DNA of 64,000 bases from an uncultured Verrucomicrobiae bacterium (GTDB lineage Bacteria > Chlamydiota > Chlamydiia > Chlamydiales > Rhabdochlamydiaceae), in the NCBI GenBank assembly GCA_963718565.1, contig OY970364.1:352001-416000 (forward strand), in the 5' to 3' direction. Below, piece after piece: positions 41,631 through 51,610 of this stretch; position 1 is the stretch's first letter, and each line of letters begins with the position of its first letter. The translations under genes and the position numbers were made by a program. The notes beneath the pieces were generated by a model. The model saw nothing but the letters and a program-made list of their open reading frames with translations. It ran no database searches and was not told the DNA's origin.

Positions 41631-43697
41631 CCCAAGTTCGCCCGAGAGAGCTGACCTAAGTCCCTCATAATCAACAACATTAAAATCAACCTTTGCTTTC
41701 GTAAGTCCCTTATTTTTAGTGCTTTGCTGTTTTTGCGAATTTGTAGTGACTGAAAATCTGTAAAATAATTATTTCATGTTTAAATAAATTCGATCCATCG
41801 GTAAGATCTGAGGGCATGTATATAAGAAAAACCCTCAAGACAGACCGTAAGAGCGGAAAAACCTACTCTGCTTTTCACTTGGTTGAATCCGTGAGGACTG
41901 ATAGAGGCCCGCGCCAACGCGCGCTTCTATACATGGGAGCCGAAATCAACCTCCCAGAAGAACAGCATGCACTTCTCGCTCAATGCATTGAAGATATTCT
42001 TACAAGTGCGCAATCGTTATTCGCTTATCCAGAAGAGATTCAAAAGCTAGCCCAATCTTACACCTCGCAGATTGTGCGTCGTTTGTCCGACCCAGGAGAC
42101 AACGCGGAACAACTAAAACAAGATCTACTACCTGAATTTGTCAATATCGACGTTCATTCAATTGAACAGACTGAACCACGGTCTGTTGGTGCGGAACATC
42201 TCTTACTTCAGATGGGAAATCAACTCAAACTGCCGGAACAGCTGCAAAAACTAGGCCTTTCAAAAACAGATGCCGCAATTGCCTTGGGATCGATCGTTGC
42301 CAGGGCTGTACACCCAAGCAGCGAAAGGGAAGCTTATCGGTGGCTATGCACTAGCAGTGGTCTTGGCGAATTGCTTGATTTCGACTTTACAAAAACTACT
42401 TTGCACAAGCTCTATAAAATCAGCGATACGTTGCTGTCTCATAAAGACGGGTTGGAAACAGCTTTAGAAACCATCGAACAGCAATTTCATGGATACAAAA
42501 GTACAATAGCTCTCTACGATTTAACCAATACCTATACAGAAGGGCGGGCTGAGGCAAATCCAAAAGCTGCCTATGGTCTTTCGAAAGAAAAACGAAATGA
42601 TTGCCCTCTCATTACTATAGGGCTAGTCATGAATGAGCACGGATTTCTCATCAAAACCTCATTACTTGCAGGAAATGCTTCAGAGCCCCAAACCCTACAA
42701 ACAATGATCGCGAGCCTAAGTATTCACTCGTCTCTAATCAAGCCAACTATTGTATTGGATGCAGGGATTGCTACCGAAGAGAATCTGACCTGGTTACGCA
42801 AGAATAGATATACGTATGTTGTCTCAGCAAGACAAGATCCTCCCGTTGTTGAATTTGAAGGACAATTAGTCTCAGTAGGTGATCAGCATGACCTAGTAAA
42901 AGCTGCCTTGATCAGTCAGGATGGTAATGAGGAAAATTGGCTCTATTGCGAATCTGAAGCAAAAGCAGCGGTCGCCTCAGGGATGAAGAAAAAATTTAGA
43001 AAACGATTTGAAGATGATCTACAAAAACTTGCGAATGGTCTTTCCAAACCTAAAGGGCGCAAGAAGCATAACAAAGTGCTTGAACGGGTAGGTCGGCTCA
43101 AGGAAAAGCATAAGAGAATTTCAGGATGCTATGAAGTCAATGCAATTCCTTCAGAAGATGGGCTCACCACAATTGCTGTGGAATGGAAGGTGATCGAAGA
43201 AAAAATGCAAGAAAAGCTCACTGGCTCCTATTTTCTGAGAACAAATCGAACCGATTTGGAAGCAAAAGAGTTATGGCAATTGTATAATGTTCTCAGAAGC
43301 GTTGAGGATGCGTTTCGATTTATGAAATCCTCATTAGGATTGCGTCCAGTCTATCACCAGAAGGAACATCGAGTGGACGGGCATTTATGGATCACCATAC
43401 TTGCCTACCATCTAATCCAACACTGCAGGCACCAATTAATTCGAAAAGGGATAAACTATTTGTGGCAGACAATACGTAATATCATGATTACTCGAGTCCG
43501 AGTAACTGTGCGGGCCAAGACAACAGAAGGCAGGGTGCTCTACCACCGCAGCACTACAAAGGCAGAAGGCGAGCAAATAGAGATTTACAGGGCGCTGGGA
43601 TTATCGTCTTCAATTCTCAGAGGTCATAAAACACTCGTTTAATTCAAGATGTAGTGACGAATTTGCATAGCTCCTCTGGGAAAGCCGCGAACTTGGG
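41631..43697 (+). mobile_element. IS1634-family element, type 2, copy 2
   Basis: IR CCCAAGTTCGC; 4-bp duplication TTCA; a few SNPs relative to copy 1. Confidence 0.93.
41816..43642 (+). CDS. IS1634-family transposase
   Basis: Protein identical to 26597-28423. Confidence 0.93.
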   Translation: MYIRKTLKTDRKSGKTYSAFHLVESVRTDRGPRQRALLYMGAEINLPEEQHALLAQCIEDILTSAQSLFAYPEEIQKLAQSYTSQIVRRLSDPGDNAEQLKQDLLPEFVNIDVHSIEQTEPRSVGAEHLLLQMGNQLKLPEQLQKLGLSKTDAAIALGSIVARAVHPSSEREAYRWLCTSSGLGELLDFDFTKTTLHKLYKISDTLLSHKDGLETALETIEQQFHGYKSTIALYDLTNTYTEGRAEANPKAAYGLSKEKRNDCPLITIGLVMNEHGFLIKTSLLAGNASEPQTLQTMIASLSIHSSLIKPTIVLDAGIATEENLTWLRKNRYTYVVSARQDPPVVEFEGQLVSVGDQHDLVKAALISQDGNEENWLYCESEAKAAVASGMKKKFRKRFEDDLQKLANGLSKPKGRKKHNKVLERVGRLKEKHKRISGCYEVNAIPSEDGLTTIAVEWKVIEEKMQEKLTGSYFLRTNRTDLEAKELWQLYNVLRSVEDAFRFMKSSLGLRPVYHQKEHRVDGHLWITILAYHLIQHCRHQLIRKGINYLWQTIRNIMITRVRVTVRAKTTEGRVLYHRSTTKAEGEQIEIYRALGLSSSILRGHKTLV

Positions 43698-43810
43698 TTC
43701 AGACGGCAAGCCAAGATTTGAACTGATTTCGCGAGCGAAGCGAGTGAAATTAGTCCAAACACCAGAAGCTTTTGTAGCAATTTTGCGGGAACTTAGGTTA
43801 TATTGAGAGG

Positions 43811-45118
43811 ATGAAACCATTGCTTTCCTTACACTTCCAAAAGCGAGTTCCTTCGGCGATTCGTTTATCGCAAATTGAGTTCATGAAGCGAACCGATGGA
43901 GTCATTGCCGTGAATACTGCTATCGGAAATGTCTCTTTGCCGATGCATCCTGCTATGATCAAGCGGATGTTTTCTCTTGGCGCCCCGGATAGTCCTTTTC
44001 GGAAAGGAGTAGTCAAGTATTCGGCAACAGTGGGTGAAAAAGAAGCAAACCAAACGATCTTGTATCTCATTGAGAGTAGTGATTTTTCTTCACAAGGGTT
44101 GTTCAGTCAAATTACTGATGGGGGCAGCCATGCCATGGAACTGGCAATTCTTGGGGTATGCGGTCCGGCAGGTTCAGGAAAACATCCTCTTTTGCTCATC
44201 GATCCGACTTACACCAATTACACCTCGATGGCCGAGCGCACTGGGCGCACAACCGTTGCAGTGACCCGGCGCTTAGAAGAAAATGGGAAATTTACTCTGC
44301 CACAATTGTCCGAGATAGAAAAGGTCATCCAGAAAACAGATCCGTCAGCTTTGTTGGTCATTCCTTATGACAATCCCACAGGTCAATTTTTCCCTCAGGA
44401 AATTCTCAACGATCTAGGCAAGCTCTGCGTCAAACACAATCTGTGGATGGTCGGCGATGAAGCCTACCGTGAAGTGTTTTATGTTCCAGGCCGCGCTAGC
44501 AGCATTTGGGGCATCAGGGAAGAAGATGCGCCTGGAATTACAGGACGGCGTATCAGCATCGAATCTTCCTCAAAAATCTGGGACGCGTGCGGCCTTAGGA
44601 TCGGCGCTCTTGTGACAGACAACAAGGAATTTCATCAAAAGGCTGTTGCGGAAAATACTGCGAACCTATGCGCCAATGTGATCGGCCAATATATTTTTGG
44701 CGCTCTTCTTCATGAAACAAAGCCTCAGCTTCGGGCATGGTTCCAGCAGCAAAGAGACTATTATCAAAAAATTGCAACAGCTCTGACATCCGAGCTCAAG
44801 AAACAAGTGCCAAAGCTCATTGTCGCTCTGCCTGACTCTGCCTTATATACTGTTGTCGATGTGCGGAATATTTTCGGTGAGCATTTTGATGCAACAGATT
44901 TTGTCATGTACTGCGCTCAGAAAGGGCAGGTGGATATCCACGGCGTCAAAAAGACATTGTTAGTATCGCCGATGGAGGGTTTTTACTCCTCGCGCCCCGG
45001 TGAACCCAGCCCCGGAAAGACCCAGATGCGCATCGCTTATGTCGAACCGCCTGAGACCATGGCGGAGGTCCCTAGATTATTTTCTCAGTTGCTGCAAGAT
45101 TTTTCTCGTCTGAACTGA
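43811..45118 (+). CDS. PLP-dependent aminotransferase, class I/II
   Basis: DNPTG, GDEAY, SSSKIWDACGLRIG. Confidence 0.9.
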   Translation: MKPLLSLHFQKRVPSAIRLSQIEFMKRTDGVIAVNTAIGNVSLPMHPAMIKRMFSLGAPDSPFRKGVVKYSATVGEKEANQTILYLIESSDFSSQGLFSQITDGGSHAMELAILGVCGPAGSGKHPLLLIDPTYTNYTSMAERTGRTTVAVTRRLEENGKFTLPQLSEIEKVIQKTDPSALLVIPYDNPTGQFFPQEILNDLGKLCVKHNLWMVGDEAYREVFYVPGRASSIWGIREEDAPGITGRRISIESSSKIWDACGLRIGALVTDNKEFHQKAVAENTANLCANVIGQYIFGALLHETKPQLRAWFQQQRDYYQKIATALTSELKKQVPKLIVALPDSALYTVVDVRNIFGEHFDATDFVMYCAQKGQVDIHGVKKTLLVSPMEGFYSSRPGEPSPGKTQMRIAYVEPPETMAEVPRLFSQLLQDFSRLN

Positions 45119-45183
45119 AAGAATCAATTCCCTCTTTTAACAAATGTTTTTAATCGTGTAGGATAAATATACTGTGTCCAGTC

Positions 45184-45276
45184 TATACCGCGCGCAGGAA
45201 AGTTTTGTGAATTTGGACTCAGCGAGGCAAAGCCGCAGCCAGTCCAAATTCACAAAACCTGACGGAGCGCGGTATA
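45184..45276. repeat. MITE-like element, family D, related to family A
   Basis: TATACCGCGC..GTTTTGTGAATTTGGACT / AGTCCAAATTCACAAAAC..GCGCGGTATA; end fragment at 63741-63755. Confidence 0.8.
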
Positions 45277-45302
45277 GTTAATTTCTTGAAAGATCAGGAG
45301 CA

Positions 45303-46673
45303 ATGTCAATGGATGTCGTTACTCTGTCCCGGATCCAATTTGCCCTCACCAGCGGATTCCACTATATCTATCCTCCGCTGAGCATTGGCCTTGGACTCAT
45401 GCTCGTGATGTTTGAAGGAATGTATCTCAAAACGAAGAAAAAGCTCTACAAGGATATCACCAAGTTCTGGGTAAAAATTTTTGCTTTGACTTTTGCTTTA
45501 GGGGTAGCTACCGGGCTTGTTCAGCTCTTTGGATTCGGGACAAATTGGGCGCGATATTCTCGATTCGTTGGCGATGTTTTCGGGAGTGCTCTAGGCGCTG
45601 AAGGGGTTTTTGCCTTCTTTTTAGAAGCGGGGTTTTTAGGCGTGATGCTCTTCGGCTGGGATAGAGTCGGGCCAAAGATGCATTATTTTTCGACAATTTG
45701 TGTCGCTGCCGGAGCGCATTTTAGCGCCATTTGGATCGTCGTTGCCAATTCCTGGATGCAAACGCCTGCCGGATTTAAAATCGTCGGAGAAGGGTTGAAG
45801 ACTAAAGCCATCGTGACTGATTTTTGGGCGATGGTGTTTAATCCTTCGTCTGTAGATCGTTTGACGCATGTCATTTTGGGGTGCTGGCTCACGGGCATTT
45901 TTCTTGTGCTCAGCATCACAGCTTATTATTACTTAAAAAAACAGCATATGGCATTTGCTAAAGAAACGATGAAGATGGGACTTTGGTCTGCCGCCGTTGT
46001 GTTGATTTTGCAATTCATTTCTGCGGATATTACAGCTCGAGGAGTTGCGTTCAATCAGCCCTCTAAACTTGCAGCGATGGAAGGCATCTATCAAACGCAA
46101 AAAGCAACTCCTCTGACCCTTCTAGGATGGGTGGACACAACGAATCAGACAGTCAAAGGAGTGCAAATTCCAGGCCTGCTCAGCTTTTTGGTCTATCGCG
46201 ATTTTGAGACGCCTATTACTGGATTTGATCAGATTCCTCCCGATGAACGCCCCCCCATCGGCGTTGTTTTTCAAACGTACCACATCATGATTATGATGTG
46301 GGGACTCATGGCCCTTGTGACAATCGCAGGGCTTTATTTATGGAAGAAAAAGAAACTGGAGAAAGCGAAGTGGGCCTTGTGGTCGCTGATCATCTCGGTC
46401 ATTTTTCCTCAGGTTGCCAATCAAACAGGATGGATGACAGCGGAAATTGGGAGACAGCCTTGGGTCGTGTGGAAGTTATTGAGAACCGAACACGGTGTTT
46501 CTGCAAACATCAATGCCCATCAAGTGTTCATGTCGATCCTGATGTTCATCGTGATCTACTCTCTTCTTTTCGTATTGTTTCTCTTTTTGCTCGACCGCAA
46601 AATTAAGCATGGGCCTGTCGAAGAAGAAGAGCTAGTCTATCGCGATATTCTTCATCAAAAAGGAGGCCCATGA
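45303..46673 (+). CDS. cydA: Cytochrome bd oxidase subunit I
   Basis: [33 protein letters not shown]. Confidence 0.97.
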   Translation: MSMDVVTLSRIQFALTSGFHYIYPPLSIGLGLMLVMFEGMYLKTKKKLYKDITKFWVKIFALTFALGVATGLVQLFGFGTNWARYSRFVGDVFGSALGAEGVFAFFLEAGFLGVMLFGWDRVGPKMHYFSTICVAAGAHFSAIWIVVANSWMQTPAGFKIVGEGLKTKAIVTDFWAMVFNPSSVDRLTHVILGCWLTGIFLVLSITAYYYLKKQHMAFAKETMKMGLWSAAVVLILQFISADITARGVAFNQPSKLAAMEGIYQTQKATPLTLLGWVDTTNQTVKGVQIPGLLSFLVYRDFETPITGFDQIPPDERPPIGVVFQTYHIMIMMWGLMALVTIAGLYLWKKKKLEKAKWALWSLIISVIFPQVANQTGWMTAEIGRQPWVVWKLLRTEHGVSANINAHQVFMSILMFIVIYSLLFVLFLFLLDRKIKHGPVEEEELVYRDILHQKGGP

Positions 46674-47698
46674 GCGAAATAGCACTCGCCTATCTTTGGT
46701 ATTTGATCATCGGAGTCTGTGTGGTTTTTTACGTCGCCCTGGATGGTTTTGACCTCGGTGTTGGAATCATGCATTTCTTTACAAAAAAAGATGACGAGAG
46801 AAGAGTTTTTCTCAATGCGATAGGTCCGGTTTGGGACGGTAATGAAGTGTGGCTTGTCGTCTTTGGAGGAGCTCTATTTGCCGGGTTTCCTGATGTCTAT
46901 GCCACTCTCTTTTCAGGCTTCTACGATTTTTGTATGATCCTCCTTGCAGCGCTCATTTTTCGGGCAGCAGCCATCGAATTCCGCAGCAAAAAGGACTCAA
47001 AGCGCTGGCGCTTTACTTGGGATGCGATCTTCTCTATTGCAAGTCTTGCCATTGCCTTTGGCCTTGGTCTTTCCATTGGAAATTTGATGGAAGGAATTCC
47101 ACTGAACAAAAATGAGGACTTTGTAGGAAGCTTTGAGCTCTTTTTCCGTCCCTATCCCATTCTCATAGGCTTTTTTACCCTTAGCTTGCTCATGATGCAC
47201 GGATCGATCTTTCTCACGCTCAAAACAGAAGGTCAATTGCATCGCCGTTTACGCACATGGTCTGTGCGTTGCATCCTCGTCTTTATCGGGTTTTTTATTC
47301 TGACGACCATCGTAACATGGGTTCATGCACCGCAGATGATCCATAAATTTCTAGAAACGCCTTGGCTTTTGGTTGTCCCCTTGGCAGCGCTGTGTGCAAT
47401 TCTCAACGTGCCTCGCATGTATACCCGCAATGAGGACGGCTTGGCCTTTATGTCTTCTTGTTTTTGCATTCTCTTTTTATTCTGCATTTACGGAATCGGG
47501 ACGTACCCTAATCTTGTACGATCCACCATCAACCCAGAAGAGAACAGTCTGACATTTTTTAACTCGTCCGCTTCGGCCCTTACGCTAAAAGTACTTCTCA
47601 TCATCGTTCTTATTGGCATTCCCATGGTTTTGGCTTATGGAACGATGATTTACCGTATCTTCCGCGGCAAGGTTAAAATTGGTTCTTCGAGCTATTGA
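46670..47698 (+). CDS. cydB: Cytochrome bd oxidase subunit II
   Basis: LDGFDLGVG, IGPVWDGNEVWL. Confidence 0.97.
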   Translation: MSEIALAYLWYLIIGVCVVFYVALDGFDLGVGIMHFFTKKDDERRVFLNAIGPVWDGNEVWLVVFGGALFAGFPDVYATLFSGFYDFCMILLAALIFRAAAIEFRSKKDSKRWRFTWDAIFSIASLAIAFGLGLSIGNLMEGIPLNKNEDFVGSFELFFRPYPILIGFFTLSLLMMHGSIFLTLKTEGQLHRRLRTWSVRCILVFIGFFILTTIVTWVHAPQMIHKFLETPWLLVVPLAALCAILNVPRMYTRNEDGLAFMSSCFCILFLFCIYGIGTYPNLVRSTINPEENSLTFFNSSASALTLKVLLIIVLIGIPMVLAYGTMIYRIFRGKVKIGSSSY

Positions 47699-48600
47699 AC
47701 CTTCCGAATTGCAGAGACATTGCTTTGGGCAATCCACTTTGCAAGATGCTTGATGTCGTGATACCCAAATCCGCAACATCCGCCCACAAATTTTAGACTG
47801 TATTGTTCTCCTGTCTCGACGATCTTCTTTAAAGAGTCGATTTTGCGCGGTTCTAGCAATTCTTCCTCTGTTTCATAAAAGGCGGGATTTGCATCCCAAG
47901 AATTGGGATAAAAACCGATCAAGCGCTTGAGAAGATTCCTGTCTTCAAAGCAAACGGCCATGCGATCAAACGCATGTGGCGAGCAGCAATTCAGTGAAAA
48001 TCCTTCCACAAATGACTCGCGGTCGATGCGTGCAATCGTAGACTCAATTGTCGCTCCGTTTAAAAGATGTCCTTCTCGATCGACGATAAAGCTAAGGATC
48101 AACGGGATATTAAGCGACTGGGCTGCTTGGCTAATGCCTATCGCCTCCCGATCTGTGCCAATGGTTTCGTGCAAAATCACCAGATCGGAGGTCGACAATC
48201 CAAAGCTGCCAAGAACCTCCAGGCAAAGCTCATATTGTTGTTTGGCAAACAGACATGCTTGCGCAACATCGGGAGCAAACGCCGGCTGGTAGCAATCGCC
48301 GGCAGGGCCTAGGCAGATAGCGATTCGTTCAAAGCTCTTTTCTCCCAAAGCTGCCAAAAGGGCCTCAAGGTTTAGGCTCAACATTTCCTTGTAGAGCTCA
48401 ATAAACCCCTCTTTGAGCAGAGAGCGCAGAAAGAAGGTGTTGACGGTGGGCAGTGTCGCCCCAGCATCGACATATCCTCTTGCAATGAGTTCTACCGCAG
48501 AGCGGTATAGATGTTTGCCTTGCCGTTTGATTGTTAACGCGTTAGAGGATATCCCAAGGCTGGACAGCACGCACCCATACGGGCCAAATAAAATTTTCAT
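47692..48600 (-). CDS. Homocysteine S-methyltransferase family protein
   Basis: YVDAGA..TVNTF, LGP, ETI, LNCC, FYPN, VGGCCG Zn-binding motifs. Confidence 0.88.
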   Translation of the reverse strand: MKILFGPYGCVLSSLGISSNALTIKRQGKHLYRSAVELIARGYVDAGATLPTVNTFFLRSLLKEGFIELYKEMLSLNLEALLAALGEKSFERIAICLGPAGDCYQPAFAPDVAQACLFAKQQYELCLEVLGSFGLSTSDLVILHETIGTDREAIGISQAAQSLNIPLILSFIVDREGHLLNGATIESTIARIDRESFVEGFSLNCCSPHAFDRMAVCFEDRNLLKRLIGFYPNSWDANPAFYETEEELLEPRKIDSLKKIVETGEQYSLKFVGGCCGFGYHDIKHLAKWIAQSNVSAIRKVQ

Positions 48601-48657
48601 AAAAAGTTCTCCTAAGAAGCTGTCTTAAAATCTAGTTTTTACTGGATGGATTGTTGG

Positions 48658-48771
48658 AAAAAGCACTTAGGAGCAAAAACAGAACATGCCGCGCACCTAA
48701 GTGCATCGCATGGGCATAGAAAATTTAAAAACACCTTGTAGAAAAAGCATCATATTACACTTAGCTAAGTG
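48658..48771 (-). promoter_or_regulatory. Putative leader-peptide transcription attenuator
   Basis: 18-codon Met-rich uORF overlapping hairpin GCACTTAGG..CCTAAGTGC followed by T5; alternative hairpin possible. Confidence 0.55.
48697..48753 (-). CDS. Putative leader peptide MMLFLQGVFKFSMPMRCT
   Basis: Read directly from the minus strand; 4 Met and 1 Cys; no strong SD sequence. Confidence 0.45.
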   Translation of the reverse strand: MMLFLQGVFKFSMPMRCT

Positions 48772-48835
48772 GCACCATTTACCCACATTTTGAATTTTTT
48801 TACAAGATCGGATTTTGATGAGAGCAGGGTATAGG

Positions 48836-48980
48836 AAATTAAGAAGAATTTTTTAAACTTAGTAAAGGTTTTTAAAGTGTCTCTTTTTCACATGTCGGGG
48901 ACACGCAGTGCTGTGTCCCCGACATGTGAGAAAGTGGCAGTTTAAAAATGTTTCTCTAATTTAAAAAATTCTCTTAATTT
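48836..48980. repeat. About 145-bp palindromic element overlapping the exonuclease stop codon
   Basis: Core CACATGTCGGGGACAC-8nt-GTGTCCCCGACATGTG with imperfect AT-rich outer arms. Confidence 0.75.
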
Positions 48981-49585
48981 ACTGTGCCCTGTTGATTCAT
49001 AATTCCGGGGAACCCGACGATTGTTTTGTAACAGAGCAGAAGGTGTTTGACTCCATTCATCGCACAGTGGGGCTGTTCTTCTTTAGGGAGTTGGTAGGCA
49101 ACGGCGATTTTGTCTTTGGAGACACCTGTTTCCCAGGGGTATTTTCCAGTTCCCGACATTCCCTTTTTCATCGCTTCATTCCAATACATCGAAGCTAGGT
49201 CCAGCCAGTGATACGGCCAGCGCAGTTTTTCTTGGAGATCTGGATCGACAAGCTGTGAAAAGTAAATACGGTCAAAGGAAGGATTTTGACAAATGAAAAC
49301 GGCATCCCCGCGCTTCACCCGATTTTTTGCAAAAGACTCTTGAATTTTACTGCCGACAACAGACAGAGGTGATCCTTGGGCGATCTTATCCCAATTGAAA
49401 CCGTTGACTTGCAAACTTTCCGGGTCGCTCTTCTGCCAATCTTCAGGGGATATGGAAACAACGGCGTGAAATGTGTCTTTCAAGTCCCCGCTAAAAATAT
49501 CAAGAATTTGAAAGGCGATTTCAATGACCTTATGTTTATAGGGATTTAGGCCGTTAGTCTCGGTGTCAAGGAATATTCCCAACAC
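48974..49585 (-). CDS. DEDDh 3'-5' exonuclease
   Basis: FLDTETNG, QNPSFD, WLDL, PHCA. Confidence 0.88.
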   Translation of the reverse strand: MLGIFLDTETNGLNPYKHKVIEIAFQILDIFSGDLKDTFHAVVSISPEDWQKSDPESLQVNGFNWDKIAQGSPLSVVGSKIQESFAKNRVKRGDAVFICQNPSFDRIYFSQLVDPDLQEKLRWPYHWLDLASMYWNEAMKKGMSGTGKYPWETGVSKDKIAVAYQLPKEEQPHCAMNGVKHLLLCYKTIVGFPGIMNQQGTVN

Positions 49586-49744
49586 GGTTTTTATCCAATG
49601 CTCATTTATCCAAACTTTTTAGAGGGAATCGCAATTCCCTCTTTAGACAGATTGTATCAAGGAAGTTGTTCAGACTTCAATAAATATTTGGCGGCATGAG
49701 CATCTTCTGATATAACAAGTTTTTGAGTTTGAAGGAGGTCGAAA

Positions 49745-50209
49745 ATGGAACCTAACATAGGTCTTAATGAGCAGAATAGAAGCGCGATAAGTACTGGGTT
49801 GGGGCGATTACTTGCAGAAGTTTATACGCTCTATTTAAAAACGCAAAATTTTCATTGGAATGTGCGAGGGACTGAATTTTATTCCTTACATCTTCTTTTT
49901 GAGAAGCAATATGAAGAAATGGCTGAGGAAATCGACGAGGTCGCTGAGAGGATCCGCGCTTTAGGGTTCTTTGTTGAGGCATCTTTTTCATCCTTTTCTG
50001 AGCTTTCCTCAATTAAAGGCGAAGAAAAGGTCTTAAATGCCAAGGAGATGCTGACCAGTTTAGTCCAGGGGCACGAAGCGTATATTCGAGAAGCCAGGAG
50101 AGTTGCGGAAATCGCTGATCGAGAGCTTGATTTTGCCACTGTAGACATGTTGGGCCGGCGCATGGGGGCACATGAAAAAATGGCCTGGTTCTTACGCAGC
50201 CAAGTTTAA
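49745..50209 (+). CDS. dps: Dps DNA starvation protein
   Basis: NFHWNVRG, LHLLFEKQY, DEVAERIRALG, HEKMAWFL. Confidence 0.95.
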   Translation: MEPNIGLNEQNRSAISTGLGRLLAEVYTLYLKTQNFHWNVRGTEFYSLHLLFEKQYEEMAEEIDEVAERIRALGFFVEASFSSFSELSSIKGEEKVLNAKEMLTSLVQGHEAYIREARRVAEIADRELDFATVDMLGRRMGAHEKMAWFLRSQV

Positions 50210-50322
50210 AATAATGTTTACATTCACAAAAAAGCAATAGCAGTAGAGAGGAGCTTATGCTATATTTGGCCCTTTTTGAGGATTTTTGAGGACATATACT
50301 GCCTCAAAACAGTGGACGCCCT

Positions 50323-50769
50323 ATGCCTATTTCACCGCAAAAATTTCGAGAAATCATTTTTCAGCTGCTTTATAGCGATGATTTTGGGGGCAGCGTAGAG
50401 GTCGCAGAAATGTTAATGGCGCAACTTTGCGTGACGAAGAAAACTGTTCGCGAAGCCTGTGAGGTCAAGGAAAAAATTCTTGAAAAGAAAAAGCAGATCG
50501 ATGAGCTTATCTGTAAACACTCGGAATCCTATGATTTTGAAAGAATTCCTCGTGTCGAGCGCAATGTGATCCGGTTGGGGACATATGAACTCCTTTTCTC
50601 TTCCGATGTTCCGCCAAAAGTAGCCATTGCCGAGGCTATTCGACTTACCCGAAAATTCGCAACGCCCGAAGCTGCGACGTTTGTTAACGCCGTTTTAGAT
50701 TCCATCTATAAACAACTTCCCATCGGATCTTATCTGTATGACGCAACCGTTTCGGGCCAGCCAGTTTGA
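50323..50769 (+). CDS. nusB: Transcription antitermination factor
   Basis: VERNVIRLG, VPPKVAIAEAIRLTRKF, FVNAVLD. Confidence 0.93.
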   Translation: MPISPQKFREIIFQLLYSDDFGGSVEVAEMLMAQLCVTKKTVREACEVKEKILEKKKQIDELICKHSESYDFERIPRVERNVIRLGTYELLFSSDVPPKVAIAEAIRLTRKFATPEAATFVNAVLDSIYKQLPIGSYLYDATVSGQPV

Positions 50770-51610
50770 GGTCGATAAATGCTTAAGTCAATTATCTACT
50801 TTGGGAATCGGCGGACCCGCACGGTTTTTTATCGAAGTGCAAAAGTCAGAGGAATTGCCAGATCTTTTAAAATATTGTCATGCACAAAAACTCCCTTTTT
50901 TTGTTCTCGGCAAAGGATCAAATTGTCTTTTTGACGATCGTGGATTTAATGGACTTGTCATCCTCAACAAGATTGCTTTCTGTCAATGTGAATGGCCGAT
51001 TGTCAACGTCGGAGCGGGTTATTCTTTTTCCCTCTTGGGGACCCAAACGGCACGCAAAGGCTGGGCGGGACTTGAATTTGCTTCCGGAATTCCCGGGTCT
51101 GTCGGTGGAGCCATTTATATGAATGCAGGTGCGAGTGGAGCTGAGACATGTGAATCGCTGCTCGAAGTCACTTTCGTAAATGAGCACGGAGAATTTGAGA
51201 TTTTGAAACAAGACCAGATTGCATTTTCCTATCGCTTTTCGACGTTTCAAGAGCGCAAAGGAGTGATTGCCAGCGCTAAATTTTTGCTCCATCCTTCTGA
51301 GGAAGCGCGCAAAAAACAGCTTGGCATCATCGGATACCGTACTCGAACCCAGCCTTATAGCGACAAATCCGCAGGCTGTGTCTTCCGCAATCTTGACTCT
51401 CATTCCGCTGGGGCGCTGATCCAACAATGCGGTCTCAAAGGCAAGCGCATCGGCGGCGCCGAAGTGTCTGCGATGCATGCAAATTTTATCGTCAATAAAG
51501 GTAACGCCACTTCTAAAGACATTCTCGAACTTGCTGAAGAGGTGAAAAGAGTGGTTAAAGAAAAGACCGGGATCGAACTCGAGAAGGAGATCCGCTATGT
51601 TCCGCGCTGA
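50738..51610 (+). CDS. murB: UDP-N-acetylenolpyruvoylglucosamine reductase
   Basis: IGGPA, LGKGSN, GIPGSVGGAIYMNAGA, SAGCVFRN, HANFIVN. Confidence 0.96.
   Translation: MTQPFRASQFEVDKCLSQLSTLGIGGPARFFIEVQKSEELPDLLKYCHAQKLPFFVLGKGSNCLFDDRGFNGLVILNKIAFCQCEWPIVNVGAGYSFSLLGTQTARKGWAGLEFASGIPGSVGGAIYMNAGASGAETCESLLEVTFVNEHGEFEILKQDQIAFSYRFSTFQERKGVIASAKFLLHPSEEARKKQLGIIGYRTRTQPYSDKSAGCVFRNLDSHSAGALIQQCGLKGKRIGGAEVSAMHANFIVNKGNATSKDILELAEEVKRVVKEKTGIELEKEIRYVPR

Noticed and set aside
48760..48825. SAM-I riboswitch upstream of the homocysteine methyltransferase (minus strand has CTCTCATCAA and AATGGTGCCA)
   Set aside because: The P2/P3 core (GGAGGGA..GCCC, GCAACC) and the P1 3' strand are missing; the two short matches look coincidental.
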